NCBI GenBank assembly: GCA_039621445.1
Contig: CP154954.1
Coordinates: 29,459,411-29,523,410, forward strand
Source of the DNA: Euglena gracilis
Lineage: Eukaryota
Reading direction: 5' to 3'
DNA: 64,000 nt
A program made the position numbers and the translations under genes. Below are positions 1-13,210 of the stretch, piece after piece. The notes under the pieces are model-generated. The model was not told the DNA's origin, searched no databases, and was given only the letters and a program-made list of their open reading frames with translations. How positions within the stretch are numbered: position 1 is the first letter of the stretch; every line of letters starts with the position of its first letter.

Positions 1-637
1 ATTTCCCACGGTCAGGGGAAACAAAACCTGGCATTACGTTACGGAGGGCAGAAAACACGAGATTTTTGGCTTTCCACCAGACCTCAGCCCCGAAAAACAG
101 TGTTAATCCACATACACCCCAAAAGACCCTCCCCCAAAAATAAGACCCCCCCTGGGCCGATCAAGCAAAATTCAAAAATAAGACCCCCCATAAATAAGAC
201 CCCCCTGGCGGCGCGAAGCGCCGGGGACGGCGAAGATTTTTTCCTGAAAAATTACCAAAAACCCCAAATTCAGACGCAAAAGTGATGAAAATCAAAAAAT
301 TTTCAGATTTTTGAAGTTCAAAAAAAAATGTTTAAAATCAATTTACACCAATTTACACATGGCACAAAGCGCCGAAGGAAAAATTTTAGTGCTCTTTTGA
401 ACCTGAAAAATGGTGGTTTTTCAGGCCCGGTTCGGTCAAAAAAAACAAAAATGAGACCCCCTCCAAAAAAGACCCCCCTGGAGGCTTCCTGCAACACACC
501 CAAAATTAAGACCCGGGTCTTATTTGGGGGGGGGGGGACCATCATATAACCAACAGTTCAAAAACATGGGTTTGAAACCCCGGGGGGGATGGATTTGCAA
601 CATGCGATTTTGGTCAGCAGAGGGACGTGCAGCACAC

Positions 638-779
638 CGGGCAAGGTCCTTCTGTGTAAGCTGGAACACCGCCTGGTTTTGCTGCACGGTGCCCTGGAAC
701 AGCGCGACCTGCATGAAGCGCTCCGTCCCCTCCACCTTCCCCAGAAGACGGCTCAGCGTGTTGGTGGGCAGGTGGACCA
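638..779 (-). CDS. PPWD1: PPWD1 exon 12 (gene continues beyond the left edge; cyclophilin domain not in window)
   Basis: cacag|TG ... CG|gtgtgc; VVHLPTNTLSRLLGKVEGTERFMQVALFQG resembles PPWD1 [29 protein letters not shown]; phase matches exon 11. Confidence 0.92.
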
Positions 780-1295
780 CTGTGACGCAGCAGACAGGAC
801 ACAAAAATGCTTCCAGCCCCACATAAAATGCACTCCGCCGTGTTCCTTCATCACAACTGGAAGTGCGATGGCAGTTGCCGGATAATGGAATACCACCTCA
901 TGCTTGGAAATGAAAGCCCATTACACAAAACGTCGATTTGGGTCCATGGGTAACCCCCCCCAAATTGTCGCCCCCCCCCCAAGGGGGGTGACAAATAGGG
1001 GGGGGGTCACGTTATCAATAAGGCCCACCGCCCTCAACAGAGGTGTTAGGGAATACACCATAACAACCCCACAACATACAGCAAATGAATTCCGAATCTC
1101 GGTAGGCTTCAAAGAATAGAAGGGACGGGACAAAGTGCCCGAAACGGCCGAAAATTCCTCCCCCCCCCCTGGTCGCGGCATCACAAGCGGAAAATGAAAC
1201 ATGTCAACCATCAGGAGTAAGCAGAACCTTGTGAGAAAATGGGCACTGAACCCTTCTTCGCCTTTGTGCCTTCCGGGAATGGAGAAACCCCACAC

Positions 1296-1373
1296 CTTTG
1301 ATGCCCAACAGAGTGGCATAGATGAGGAAGTGCCCAGATTCATCAAAGGCCGTGTTGTATGGCCAGCAGGCTC
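1296..1373 (-). CDS. PPWD1: PPWD1 exon 11
   Basis: cacag|GA ... AAA G|gtgtgg; NTAFDESGHFLIYATLLGIK matches conserved FDETGHFVLYGTMLGIK. Confidence 0.93.
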
Positions 1374-2364
1374 CTGTGCAGCACGCCACAGGCACGGGGA
1401 GGCGCGCACTTCCCAAATGGCACACTCGAAAACATGCTGATGAAGGAAGGGTTTGCTTCAAGAAAAAGCTTACGATGAGAGCGCAAAGTACGAAATGTCA
1501 GGTCACGAGGCGTGCTTGTTCCAACCCAGCTCACTTGCCGGGGTCACAGTGGCCCAAAAGGCCAGGGGCCAACTTCCGAGAGGGACAAAATCGAGCCAAC
1601 GAGTGCTGGTATCCCAATGGGAGGATACACCTTGGGGCCAGAGATTCACTTAGACCCCGGGGGGGTTTTTTCTCAGCACATCCCGTCGGCCGTTGGTCAT
1701 CCCTTGGGCCCGAGGGCGGTCCTCAATGGGCGGTCCTTCAGGAAGAAGAAAAAAATCCGTGTCCCACATGGACCGCCCTGGACCTCCCACACACCACCCA
1801 GAGGGTTTCCGGGATTCCCGATCAGCCCTGAATCTGCTGAGCATTCAAAGAAGTCTTGTGATCTTTCGAAAGCGCACTTATACACGCAGGTCCGGTCTGC
1901 GAGGCTGTTTGAGGACCTTGCTTTTTGGATTTTTCCATTGACCGACTGATGACCTTTTTGGGACAGGGGGTACATTGCTCTTCCGGATTCAAACTGCACT
2001 GCTCACTTAATCCCGCATAACAGCAGCCCATGCTTTCAAATTCATTTATGTGTTGCATATCCCCAAATATGTATAATATACATTCAAATATGCTTACTGG
2101 GCCACGTGCATTTCCCATATTTGGTATTTCAGCACGTGGACTCAATTGCACCCCCCATCATGCTGGAGAAGGAGTAGCATGCTGCAACCCTGATTTGCCA
2201 ACAATGGCAATGCTGTTTGGCCGCTCTGGATCACAACAGAAGGAAGAGAGGAACGGTGTAATCACATGGTGGCATCCACAGATATGTGTGGCCCCCGTTG
2301 GGTCCCTGCCCCAATCACCTTTGGACACACAGGGGGGGGGGGCACAGAATGAGCGGGGGGGCAC

Positions 2365-2452
2365 CGGACGCCATGGCCACCTCCAACTCCTTCTCCACTG
2401 CCAGCCGGCGGCCGAAGTCGATGGGCTCCAAGGCATAGGGCCCCTCCCGGTC
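2365..2452 (-). CDS. PPWD1: PPWD1 exon 10
   Basis: cgcag|GAC ... TCC G|gtgccc; LEPIDFGRRLAVEKELE matches MEFGRRMAVERELE. Confidence 0.92.
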
Positions 2453-2492
2453 CTGCGACGACGAGAGAGCAGGCAGCTGGTCGGGGCGGAGG

Positions 2493-2772
2493 CACCGGTT
2501 TGTTTTATGATGCGGGGGGAGGGCCAACCACCCACCCACCACCCCCTGGGGACAGGGGTCCAGGGGGGGGGGGGGCTTGGGGGTACCCATTTTGGGGGGT
2601 CAATTTTGGTACAAAAAAAATTTGACGCTTCGCGCCGAAGACAGAGGAAAACCCCGCCTCCAGCGGGGGACCCACTGGGCCGAACCCCCCCCCCCCTGGG
2701 GGGTTTGGCCAGGACCCACCCAACCCCCCCCGGTTCATGAAACTGACAATTTGTATTATAAAAAAATCCCTG
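2493..2772. mobile_element. MITE with imperfect TIRs and perfect 8-bp TSD (hAT-like)
   Basis: GGCGGAGG at 2485-2492 and 2773-2780; ends CACCGGTTTGTTTTATGAT / ATTATAAAAAAATCCCTG. Confidence 0.7.
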
Positions 2773-3079
2773 GGCGGAGGAAATGGGGGGTGAGACACAA
2801 ATGCATCAATGGCAGCAAAGCTGTGAGGTGGTTAGGCGCCCTCAAAATGCAATGCGCTGCTGGAAAGAAATGTTGGCTACACCCATCCCTCCCCCCCCCC
2901 CACCTTGGAGGGTGGGCCAGCTGACGACTGGGCTGGACCACACCCGGAAAGAAAAACCAACCCCAACTTGAAGGGAGTTTGAAACCAGAAGCAGAACCCC
3001 CAAACCCTCGGAAAAATTCTTGAAAAAGCGGTCAATAACGGGTAAAATTTGGCGAACAACAAATTTAAAGGCGGTATTG

Positions 3080-3970
3080 GAAAAAAAATTCCGGAAACGG
3101 GGCCGGGGTCATGGTGATAATCTGCGGTTTTTACGGTCTACCCAGAGAGGGGGGCCGGGGGAGGGAGGGGTTGGACCCCCCCTTTTCCCCAGGGGTAAGC
3201 TTCGCTCTTACTCTAAAAAGATAAGAGCTCAGCGACCCCAAAAAACATCATATTAAAAAAAAAAAAAGTTTCGGTTTTTTTACCCGAAAATGACCTAAAA
3301 TCCATAGGATTCGGGCCCAAAACGAGGCGCTGGCGGGTCGAAAAACGCTAATATTCCGCTCAAAAACATTTTTTCCAGGTCCGGGAGACCAAAAAACATG
3401 ATTTTGGGCCAACAAATTTTTTTCGATTTTTTGGGATTTTTTTCGACTTCTTTTTCTGAAAACGGCTGAGTCTGACAGTGGAAAAAGTGACAAAATGTCC
3501 CAAATTGGCCGAAAAACGGCCGTATCTCGGGGGAGGCGGGGAGTTGCGAGGAAATCAAGATACCGGTAGATGGGGCATTCCAAGGGCTTCAAATTAGGTC
3601 GCCGGACATTTCCTTTGATTTTGCATCATTTCCGAGATATTTTGAAAGTATCAATTTTTGGGCCCGAAATAGCAGAGTCCAAAGGCGGGGGGCTCATCCA
3701 GGGGGGCGGGCCAATCCTATCCAGTTTGGACCCCTTCGCGGCTGAATAACTCAGGCCTGGCGGGGAGTTAGGGGTCAAATGGCGGTGATTCGGAAACTAG
3801 AAATCCAGTCGCTCGCGACTGAAAAAAAAATTACGGGAACGGGGCTGGGGTCATGGTGATAATCCGCGGTTTTCACGGTCTACCCGGGGGGGGGAGAGGA
3901 TGGGGTTGGACCCCCCTTTTCCCCAGGGGTAAGCTTCGCTCTTACTCTAAAGAGATAAGAGCTCAGCGTT
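3080..3970. repeat. High-copy interspersed repeat family (core GGTAAGCTTCGCTCTTACTCTAAAGAGATAAGAGCTCAGCG)
   Basis: Core or its reverse complement recurs near 3195, 3928, 19190, 20950, 30685, 40225 and 42105, with shared flanking modules. Confidence 0.8.
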
Positions 3971-4452
3971 ACTTCAAAGAAATGCAATTTTTGACCATTT
4001 CTTCCAAAAAATTTTGGCGCAACTTTGTTTCGGTCCAGCCCGGATTCGCCGGGGCCCCAACTTTATTTCGGCTGGGGGGGGGGGGGGGCGCAGCCCAACA
4101 GCGAGCTGTTGGCTGGGGAAAAAAGTGTTGGGTGGCCAAAACCTCTCTTGGGGGGAGGGGTCTGTTGCGGCTTGGTTCCAAAATAGATTTGTGCAACAAA
4201 TCATTACGAGTTCCCACCAGTAATCATACAACCACAATAACGGGCCGTTTTGCAAAAATTTGTGGGAAACGCCGGTGAGCCACCATTTCTGCGACGCGCT
4301 GGAAACCGAGGACAGCCCTTCCCGGCAAACAGGCTGCCGCCGAGGCCAGCGGCCATCCCCCAAGCACTGTCAGCCGCCTCCAGGCGTCACCCCACCCAGA
4401 GCACATCCCGGGCTCCCCTTGGGGCCGAGCCCCGCCCCGCCGGTCGGCACAC

Positions 4453-4608
4453 CTTCTGCAGCTCCGTGTGGGCGGCGATGGACTCGTTGTAGGCCCGGTA
4501 CCGGCGGCCGGTGAGGAAGCGGTACACCCGCAGCTGGCGGTCCTTGCCCCACATGGCGAACCACTGGCCGTCCCGGCTGAAGTCCAGGCTGTATGGCACC
4601 GTCCGCTC
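4453..4608 (-). CDS. PPWD1: PPWD1 exon 9
   Basis: ggcag|GAG ... AAG|gtgtgc; SLDFSRDGQWFAMWGKDRQLRVYRFLTGRRYRAYNES is a WD40 repeat matching PPWD1. Confidence 0.95.
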
Positions 4609-4975
4609 CTGCCAGGCAGGTGTGGGGGCTTCGGCGATGGCTGATGCAATGCGTTGCGGGGTGTTGCTTTGTTTGGGACGCGGGGTTGGCACCAAACCCA
4701 CCCAGAGGCAATTTTGGCTATAAAAAAAAAACTGGCACGTCTGGGGGATGGTTGGGGTTGGGGTCAGGCTTCTTTTTACCAACCCCGGGGGAGGGGGAGA
4801 GGGGTGCCTGCCCATAGCACCACAGGGGGGTCGGTTCTGGCCCGGTGCCCGCCGACCAAGCAGATTTTCCCTTGAAAATGGGCATTTTGGCGCCTTCGGC
4901 GGGGGGGGGGGGCATAGGACGACCCACCTGGGGGTCGAAATAAATGCCCTCCCATTTAGCACCCTCCTCCCCCGG

Positions 4976-6392
4976 GGGCAAGCACCTCCAGACACATGGG
5001 ATTTTGGTGGTGTTGTCGGGATTTGTCGGGATTTGTCGGGATTTGTCGGGATTTCAACAACGGAGGTGGGGTCCCGCCCACACAAATAAGGGGGCATCAG
5101 AGCAAAGCAACAAAGGGCACAAAAAGACGTTGGATCCACGAAGCCTTGCCCATGAATCGGGTTTCAACCAGTGATTTCAAATCCTTTGTTCAGGTAAATG
5201 AATGCTAAGGCTTGCAGAGTATCAGCACTCATGTTCAGACGGTCAGATGTTAAGATATGGCCCATTTTCGAAAAAGTTCGCTCAGCTTGAGTTGCAGATC
5301 GTGGGGAGAGCAAATACACAATGGCCACTGGTGTGAGGGAGAGGTGGACTAAAAAAATGCATTTTTATTGCACCTTGTCAAAGAACCTGGGGAAAAAAAT
5401 AAAGAATCAAAACGTGCAAAGATAAAATAGCAACCGGTCTGGGAAAGAAACATTCCACACTTTCATAAAAAAAATCTCCAACTTTGACATGGGAATGTTG
5501 CATGCTGCAAAAGCTTTGACAACATCTTTACAGAACTCTTGTTGTCGCAGCCCTTTAGGAAAAAAAATATCCATCTTTCCAGAGACCATCGGCCTTTTTG
5601 GGGTTGGTTCTTCCTTTGTCTCACTGGATTCACGCTTCAATGGGCTTTGGACCTTTTGACAAAAAAAAGTGGAAAAAAAAAGCAAAATGACAAAAAATGC
5701 AACCTGTATGATGATTGGATTTGGTGTGGAGACATTTGGTGTTGTACTGGCAACCAAAGCTGCACGCTCCACCCTCTTCTTCACCATTTGAGCATGACTG
5801 CTCTCGACCCATCTCTTCTCACACCCCTTGAATATCCAACGCAATGACTTGATTGTATTCATTGAAGCAACCAGAGACTTTGCACACAAATTGTAATAAA
5901 CCTTGCCTGGGGGGGAGGAATTGAGACACTGTTGGACAGAAGTGCACACCTGGAATACTGTGTCCATGTGGATCGCTCTCAGCAACATCTGTCCAGCCTT
6001 CAGAATGGCAATATGCCACCCACTCAGCAACACTTCGACGTGATGCATGAGTGCTCATGAGAAGACAAAGAGTCTTGGAAGAAAGCCAGACAGAGAGAGA
6101 GAGAGAGAGAGAGGAAATTGCACGTTTCCAATCAAATAAAACCATCCCGCTCACTTGGGAACACTGGCCATTCCTTTTACCCTTTGGTGGCTTTGCAAAA
6201 AAAAATTTCCGGTGTTGTCGGGATTTGTCGGGATTTGTCGGGATTTGTCGGGATTTGTCGAGATTTGTCGGGATTTGTCGGGATTTGTCGGAACCCCACC
6301 TCCAGAAGGCCAAAAAAGTGTTGTTGGGATTTGTCGGGATTTGTCGGGATTTGTCGGGTTTTGTCAGGATTTGTCGCTGGAGGTGCTTGCCC
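4976..6392. mobile_element. Internally deleted DNA transposon with subterminal decamer arrays
   Basis: Perfect 16-bp TIR GGGCAAGCACCTCCAG / CTGGAGGTGCTTGCCC; (GGATTTGTCG)n at about 5013-5054 and 6214-6375. Confidence 0.8.
5164..6048 (-). pseudogene. hAT-superfamily transposase remnant (CGGBP1-like N-terminus plus C-terminal dimerisation domain; core deleted)
   Basis: About 5347-5164 reads VAIVYLLSPRSATQAERTFSKMGHILTSDRLNMSADTLQALAFIYLN (hAT dimerisation pattern); ORF 5407-6048 has FCKDVVKAFAACNIPMSKLE and a decayed Zn finger; 51-nt GT-AG intron at 5653-5703. Confidence 0.8.
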
Positions 6393-6513
6393 AGGGGGGA
6401 TGAGCACTTCCTTAAAAAGAAGCCTGGTTGGGTCGGGAATCAGACCTGACCCCCCACCAGGTTGCCAACCTACAAGGAAAAAAAGTCTCCAAATACGCAG
6501 GCTGCCCAACCTC

Positions 6514-6545
<32 letters not shown>

Positions 6546-7156
6546 AGCAAGTTTCCATGCTTCGATTATATCATCAAATAAAATCAAGTAAAAAGCCATT
6601 GTTTTGCACAAAAGTGCTTCGTGCTCCTTTCTTAGGTGGCCAACCTCCACTTAACACGTAGTTGTCGTGTTCTTTTGAGCAACTGGTGTCTTTTTATTAT
6701 TGAAAATACAAATAAATGGCGACAAAACCCACATAATGAGGACTTTGAAAGTTAAAGTGCTCCAGAGCAGATGTCGCCACAACATTAAGCGCACCTTTCC
6801 CCCAAGTCAACACCGGAAAATGGTGAGGATCCACACACAGAGGGCCGGCGTGCAACCAGCAGTTCAAAAACCTGGACCCATAAACTCGGATTGCGCAAAA
6901 GACACAAAAAAAATACATGCTATTAAAAAAAATACATGGCACCAAATTTTTTTTGGATTGAAACTACTATCTGGCAGGGGTGTAAAACTGTCCACATCTT
7001 GAAATTACATTGCCCAAAGAGTAAAAATCTTTTGTTAGGTGCATCAAGGAAAGTATGTGATCAGTTGGATCCTGACATTGATTAGCCGTGAACTCTTCAG
7101 GAAAAAGAACCCTCAGAACAGCAAACTCTGATGACAATTTCGCTCAACACACTCAC

Positions 7157-7297
7157 CTTTCCGAAGTCATACAAGTCAGTGTCCAGCTTGCTTGAAAAGC
7201 GAAGCCCTTTGGCATCGAAGTGGTACGTGTCAGAGCTCCAGTATTCCACCATACCATCCTGGGACGCGCTCACCACGGTGTGGTAGACATGGTTGAA
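7157..7297 (-). CDS. PPWD1: PPWD1 exon 8
   Basis: ctcag|TTC ... AAG|gtgagt; FNHVYHTVVSASQDGMVEYWS...KLDTDLYDFGK matches [20 protein letters not shown]...KTDTDLYEFAK. Confidence 0.96.
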
Positions 7298-8077
7298 CTG
7301 AGAAAAAGGATGGGCATCAAAGCCACCAAAGTATGCCCAATTTCTCTGAGAACAAGAGCAGTCAACATTGACAAGAGCGGGTGTCCCGTTTTGGACGCTC
7401 TTTGGCGGTGCCAAAAAAAAAGTCAAAATGAACCTATGGTGGTGGTCTTTGTCATGATTTTTTTCATTTCAAACAAACCCCAGAAATTGACCATTACAAT
7501 ACCCCATCGTTTGCTTGTTTGTGAAATTTGGCTACCCCCGAAAGTGCTCCCCCAAAGGGTGTAGGATAGGCACACTGGGAAAAAGTATGGGAAAAAATAT
7601 TATGGGAAAATTGGGCAGTTTCCCGTGATTTTGTCTGGACTGTATGAACATATACATACATAACATATACATATATACGCATACAGGGCGGGGGTGAACT
7701 TTCACCCCCCCCCCACCTACCTGCACCCCCACCTTAGTTGCTCTAAAGCTTCTTGTCTGTTTATGGCTGGCGCTACCTTCACTTCTGGCCCAGTTTGCCG
7801 TGTGGTGAGTGGCAAGGGATCCCTTTCACCGGTGTTCTTTTGTTGCTCCACGTGGCCCCACCTACCCCATGCCTACTCCCGCCCCCCCCCCCCCCGGAAA
7901 CTGCCACCTGACAGGTTGGCCGGAACTGGGAACCCTGACGACTTTCTATCATCAAAGGTTGGCCAGTAACGGGGACCCTGGCAGTTTCCAGGGCGGGTCC
8001 CCAACAGGTTCTTGGGCATGGCAATTTCCCGGGGGGTAACCCTGACCCTAACCCTAACCACACAAATTCACCTTCGA

Positions 8078-8343
8078 CATACAGACATACATACATACAT
8101 GCATACATACATACATACATACATACATACATACATACATACATACATACATACATACATACATACATACATACATACATACATACATACATACATACAT
8201 ACATACATACATACATACATACATACATACATACATACATACATACATACATACATACATACATACATACATACATACATACATACATACATACATACAT
8301 ACATACATACATACATACATACATACATACATACATACATACA

Positions 8344-8371
<28 letters not shown>
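8078..8371. repeat. (TACA)n microsatellite
   Basis: Near-perfect tetranucleotide run of about 290 bp, preceded by CCCTAACCCTAA. Confidence 0.98.
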
Positions 8372-8374
<3 letters not shown>

Positions 8375-8526
8375 TATATATACCCCCCTCCCCCCTGGGG
8401 AGGGGGTCCAAGACTAAAAAAAAAACCCTTATACATACGTACAGACATATATACATGTATCAATGGGAAGTTTAATACTCCCAGGGGTATTACACTTCCC
8501 ACCCCCCCAGAGTTCCAGTGACACAC

Positions 8527-8578
8527 CTGGATGACCCGCACTGGTGTACTGTGGAGGTTCACATCCTGTAGGGGAGTT
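8527..8578 (-). CDS. PPWD1: PPWD1 exon 7
   Basis: (G)TPLQDVNLHSTPVRVIQ|gtgtgt aligns with PLHIFDKLHTSPLTQIR; 5' boundary set by the non-conventional intron. Confidence 0.85.
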
Positions 8579-9508
<930 letters not shown>

Positions 9509-9562
9509 CCAGCCCCATCATGCGGATCAAAGATGGTCATCGTGGGTTCTGTCCGATGGCAC
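9509..9562 (-). CDS. PPWD1: PPWD1 exon 6
   Basis: ccgaag|G TGC; (V)CHRTEPTMTIFDPHDGAG fills the slot of ASEKSTGKIFIYDGRG; phase matches exon 5. Confidence 0.8.
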
Positions 9563-10884
9563 CTTCGGAGGACGAGGGAATCAATTCTAACCCAGCTGTG
9601 CAGTTGGTGGAAAATACAGTTGGTTGTACAGTTGTACAGTTGGTGGAAAATATAAAAGAGATTGGTCAAAATTAAGTGCATATGGGTGTACTTTGGAATT
9701 TGCGGAGGGATCTGCGTTGCCTCTTTCCCCCTTGGCTAAAAACCGGAAAAGATGCATTAGAACCTGGGGGTGCTTGCTTTGCCACAGTATGGGCAAGAAC
9801 CCAAGGGGGGGGTGCTGAGGCAAACCCCTGATTGAAAAAATACAGCACTTCACGCGTAAAAAAAAAGAAGAAAAAGACGTCATTTTTGGGGTACACTGCT
9901 CAATGTGAAGGCATTAGGGCACAAAAATCAACAGCATCTCACCAAATCAAGCGTCAGAAAATTTCCCCAAGATCCTCACTTTCGACTTTTCTCATAGAAC
10001 TACAAGAGAGAAAGAGCTTCCTGGGAAAATTACCCTTAAAAAACATGGCTGGCAAACAGGGTGGTGGTGCTTAACCAAGGCAAGTGCTCAGACAGGGGGG
10101 GGGTTCGACCCCCCACCTGCCATCGAAGCCTGGGCACAGGCCCCGTACCAGGGGACATAAGGCATTTTGGGTACCGGAGGGGGGGGGGGCTGAATGGGAA
10201 CGATTGCCGACGGGAAAACTTCTGTTGGGAAAAATATTGGACAAATCCTTAAAATGGCAGGAAAAATTCTGGACGCCCACTTAAAACGACTGGGTGAAAA
10301 ATTACGACGAAAAAATCTCGTGAACGCATTTTTCAGGGAAATGCATCAAAATCCCCAGGATTACCAAATCCAACCTTGAAAAACTGGTGAAATCCCAAAC
10401 GTCAAATGGTGAAACAAAGCAAAAAAACAAAGTTTTGGGCAAAAAAAGTTGTCGAAAATGCAAACAAAAAATTTTGGTGCCAAGCGGCGGAAGGAAAAAT
10501 ATGACCTTTGGGGGGGTCCCGGATATCCCCTCGGGGTCGGTTTGGACCCTTCCTGGCAGGTGGGGGGGGTACAGACCCCCTGTCCAGGAGGGGGGGGGGG
10601 GGCGGAGGGGGACACCCCCACCGAACCCCGTACGCCCTCCTTATATCGAACCCTGTGACATGGCGTGTCCATGATACACCTCCTGTGTCAACCGCAGTTT
10701 CCCCACAATTTAATTTTTGCATTATTGCATTATCCATTTGAATTCTTTTTTTGACCTGATGTGCAAACATCCGAATTGTGGGAACGAAACACCCACCGCC
10801 GAGTTATTGCGAAACAGTTCTGTGCTGTCCTTGTCATGGATAAGCCGTGTCAAGGACGGGGGGGGGGGGGTAAGGAAAGCATAC

Positions 10885-10972
10885 ACAGCGAGCCGCGGCT
10901 TCGGATGCAAAGAAGGGCAGATCAACTCAATGGCTCCAGGGACGAACCCCAGTTTGATCATATTGATCATAT
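10885..10972 (-). CDS. PPWD1: PPWD1 exon 5
   Basis: tccag|AT ... GT|gtatgc; DMINMIKLGFVPG matches DMINMLKLGYFPG. Confidence 0.93.
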
Positions 10973-12572
10973 CTGGAGCAAAGATAATCACAATGATTCA
11001 GAATAAAGAAACATGCCTAAATAAGAATATAGAATAATAAAATAAGAATAAAATAAATAAAATAATAAATAAAATATAGTAGGAATTAAAAAAAGAATAG
11101 AATAAAGAGACATAGCAGCATGCGCACTTCTGAACACAAAAATTACGATGAATATCCAACTCCTGAGAAACACATCACTTCAGATTGTTCTTTGCGTCTT
11201 TCAGGATTTCGGGGATTGTTGGACAGAAAAGTGGGGGTGCAACCAAAGGGGTTTGGTGCATTTCTCCCTGATAAAAAGTGAATGGCAACTGGGTTGCTGA
11301 AGACCACCAACTCTTGTCCAGTGCAGAAAAATCTCAGCGGCCTTCAGCAACTTCTTTTGGGGCAAGAGGCTTGTATGAAGTTCAGGAGATACTGGATTGG
11401 GGGTTACTGGGTTATGGGAATGCAAAAAAAAAAATGAACAAAACCTGCTGGGTGGAATGCTTGGATCCCCCAAACTTGGATCCCAAAAGCAAAGAAATCG
11501 GGGGACCAGGAAATTCCCCCCATTTACCATCCCCCTCCTCTCGATTACACCCACCACGGAGGAGGTCCAGCCAAAAAATGCAACCCAGGGGGGGGTGCAA
11601 TCTAGGGGGGGTCCAATGAGGGGTCAATGAAGGGAGAGACCCGTGCACCACATGCAAGGCAACAAAAGACGAAGGAACCCTTACATTGGCTGCATTCTTG
11701 CAGAAGGCACATTTGTCACACGCAAAAAAAAACGCAAAACCCTCTCATCTTGCTGTGGTAAAAAAAAAATCAGCTTGGTCTGATGCATGGCGTTTGAGAA
11801 TCAAAAAAGTGCAGCCTGGGGGGGTGCAATTTAGAGGGGGGGGGATGGTAAGGGCACAATGCGCAAAGGGTGCTCAGTGCCGAAATAAAATGTGCCACAC
11901 CCTTGAGCCTCTGAAAATGACGTCGAAAAACGCACCTCTGAAAAGCCAGTTATACTGAACCGACTTCAAGAGGGCCGAAGCAATGTTTCAAAAATGCGCA
12001 CGCTGTGCACTTAAGCGGGAGGGAGGGGATTCTCTGTGTGGGGATCAAACCTTAATGCCATTCCACACAAACATTACAATCCTTGCAATGCCCACCACAG
12101 AGGTAAGTGTCCAGCCGGCTTTAGAGACCATAGATTCACTTAGTGACCCCATGGTTACCAGGGGGGGATTGGTGGGTGGATGGGTTTTGGCATCCACCCA
12201 CCTTTTCGTTTTTTTACAGCCAGGTGGAAAGATCATCCACCCACTTTTTCCCCTCAAAATCCACTGACCCCACCTCGAGTGGGGGTTGCCTGCTGGGAGA
12301 GACGCAGTTTTGCAATTTCACCTGGAAAACTCCACACTGGACCTGATTTTCCCCTGTGACTAAACTTTTCATTAGCTTGATGCCATTCCTTGATATTTTT
12401 TTGGCCAACAAATTCACCCAGAGCCAAAGCACCCCCCAAAAAGCAAAAGCACAATGGGAGTCCTCACATTCACTTTCACCCAGCGGTGGGGTTATGCAGC
12501 AATCCCTTCAAATTTTATGTGGACTACGGAGATGAACGCGGGGGCAATGATGGGCCGGATCAATACACACAC

Positions 12573-12671
12573 CAAAGTTGACGACATCAAAAACTTTCAC
12601 AGATTGATCTTCAGAAGCTGTGCATACGAGCTGTCCATCCCACCTCGACATGGCCATCCCAGACACCATGC
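12573..12671 (-). CDS. PPWD1: PPWD1 exon 4
   Basis: gccag|GC ... TTT G|gtgtgt; DGQLVCTASEDQSVKVFDVVNFD; preceded by 58-nt GT-AG intron 12672-12729. Confidence 0.95.
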
Positions 12672-12729
12672 CTGGCCAAAAAAAAAAAGAAGGGAAATAT
12701 TTTTTTAAACAAGAGGTTGCAGCACAAAC

Positions 12730-12766
12730 CTAAATGGGGGCGGAAATGCTTCACAAAAATGATGTC
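12730..12766 (-). CDS. PPWD1: PPWD1 exon 3
   Basis: DIIFVKHFRPHL(G)|gtttgt matches GIEFVKHFRSHLG. Confidence 0.93.
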
Positions 12767-12855
12767 AACGGCAGGCTTCTTTCCGGAGGCCATTTTGACT
12801 TTGGGTGAATGGATCTCCATCCCCCAAAAGGGATTGATTCAAAGGAAGCCCGATC
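12767..12855 (-). other. Non-conventional intron 2 of PPWD1 (89 nt)
   Basis: No GT/AG; T|GAT-CGGGCTTC ... GAAGCCTG-CCGTT|G with CGG at +4..+6 pairing CTG at -8..-6 and Y|R junctions; removal restores KKLPV-DIIFVKHF. Confidence 0.9.
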
Positions 12856-13025
12856 AACAGGAAGTTTCTTCCAGAACTTCAAATGCCCGTCAACAGAAAG
12901 AGTGACAATGAAATCTGTCTTTGGTGTCACCAGCACCATGCACAGACAATCTGTGTGCATATATGACCGCTCATACATAGCAGCATTGGGTAAACCATCC
13001 AAATGCAAGCGATCCGCATCAAGCT
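12856..13025 (-). CDS. PPWD1: PPWD1 exon 2
   Basis: ttgcag|AG; LDGLPNAAMYERSYMH...KTDFIVTLSVDGHLKFWKK is the hallmark PPWD1 N-terminus. Confidence 0.97.
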
Positions 13026-13064
13026 CTGCAAACAGGGGGAGAGCAGTGATATCATCTGTATTGT

Positions 13065-13210
13065 AAACTGTGTCCTGGACACCTGCTCGGGCGTGAGTTC
13101 GAAGCCTAGAACACCGGCTCGGGCGTGAGTCTGAGCCTAGAACAGCGGCTCAGGCGTCAGCCTGAGCCGGCTTTGGACTCACGCCGGAGCTGGTGTCTGG
13201 GACACAGTTT
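13065..13210. mobile_element. Small foldback MITE with internal tandem units
   Basis: AAACTGTGTCCTGGACACC / GGTGTCTGGGACACAGTTT; related sequence near 14160 and 38890. Confidence 0.6.

Larger units (their letters stand above)
4765..6426. mobile_element. CAGGCTTC-type TIR element in PPWD1 intron 8, containing a nested TIR element
   Basis: 14-bp TIR CAGGCTTCTTTTTA / TAAAAAGAAGCCTG; flanks GTTGGGGT and GTTGGGT(C), an 8-bp TSD allowing one homopolymer G. Confidence 0.75.

Noticed and set aside
8039-8060. CCCTAA repeats as a telomere
   Set aside because: Only two to three units, internal to a repeat element
7779-8521. Long MYVC/HTYI ORFs
   Set aside because: Translations of the (TACA)n microsatellite
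9691-9736. AG/GT-bounded segment AKGERGNADPSANSK as PPWD1 exon 6
   Set aside because: 9509-9562 fits homology and phase better and leaves no gap
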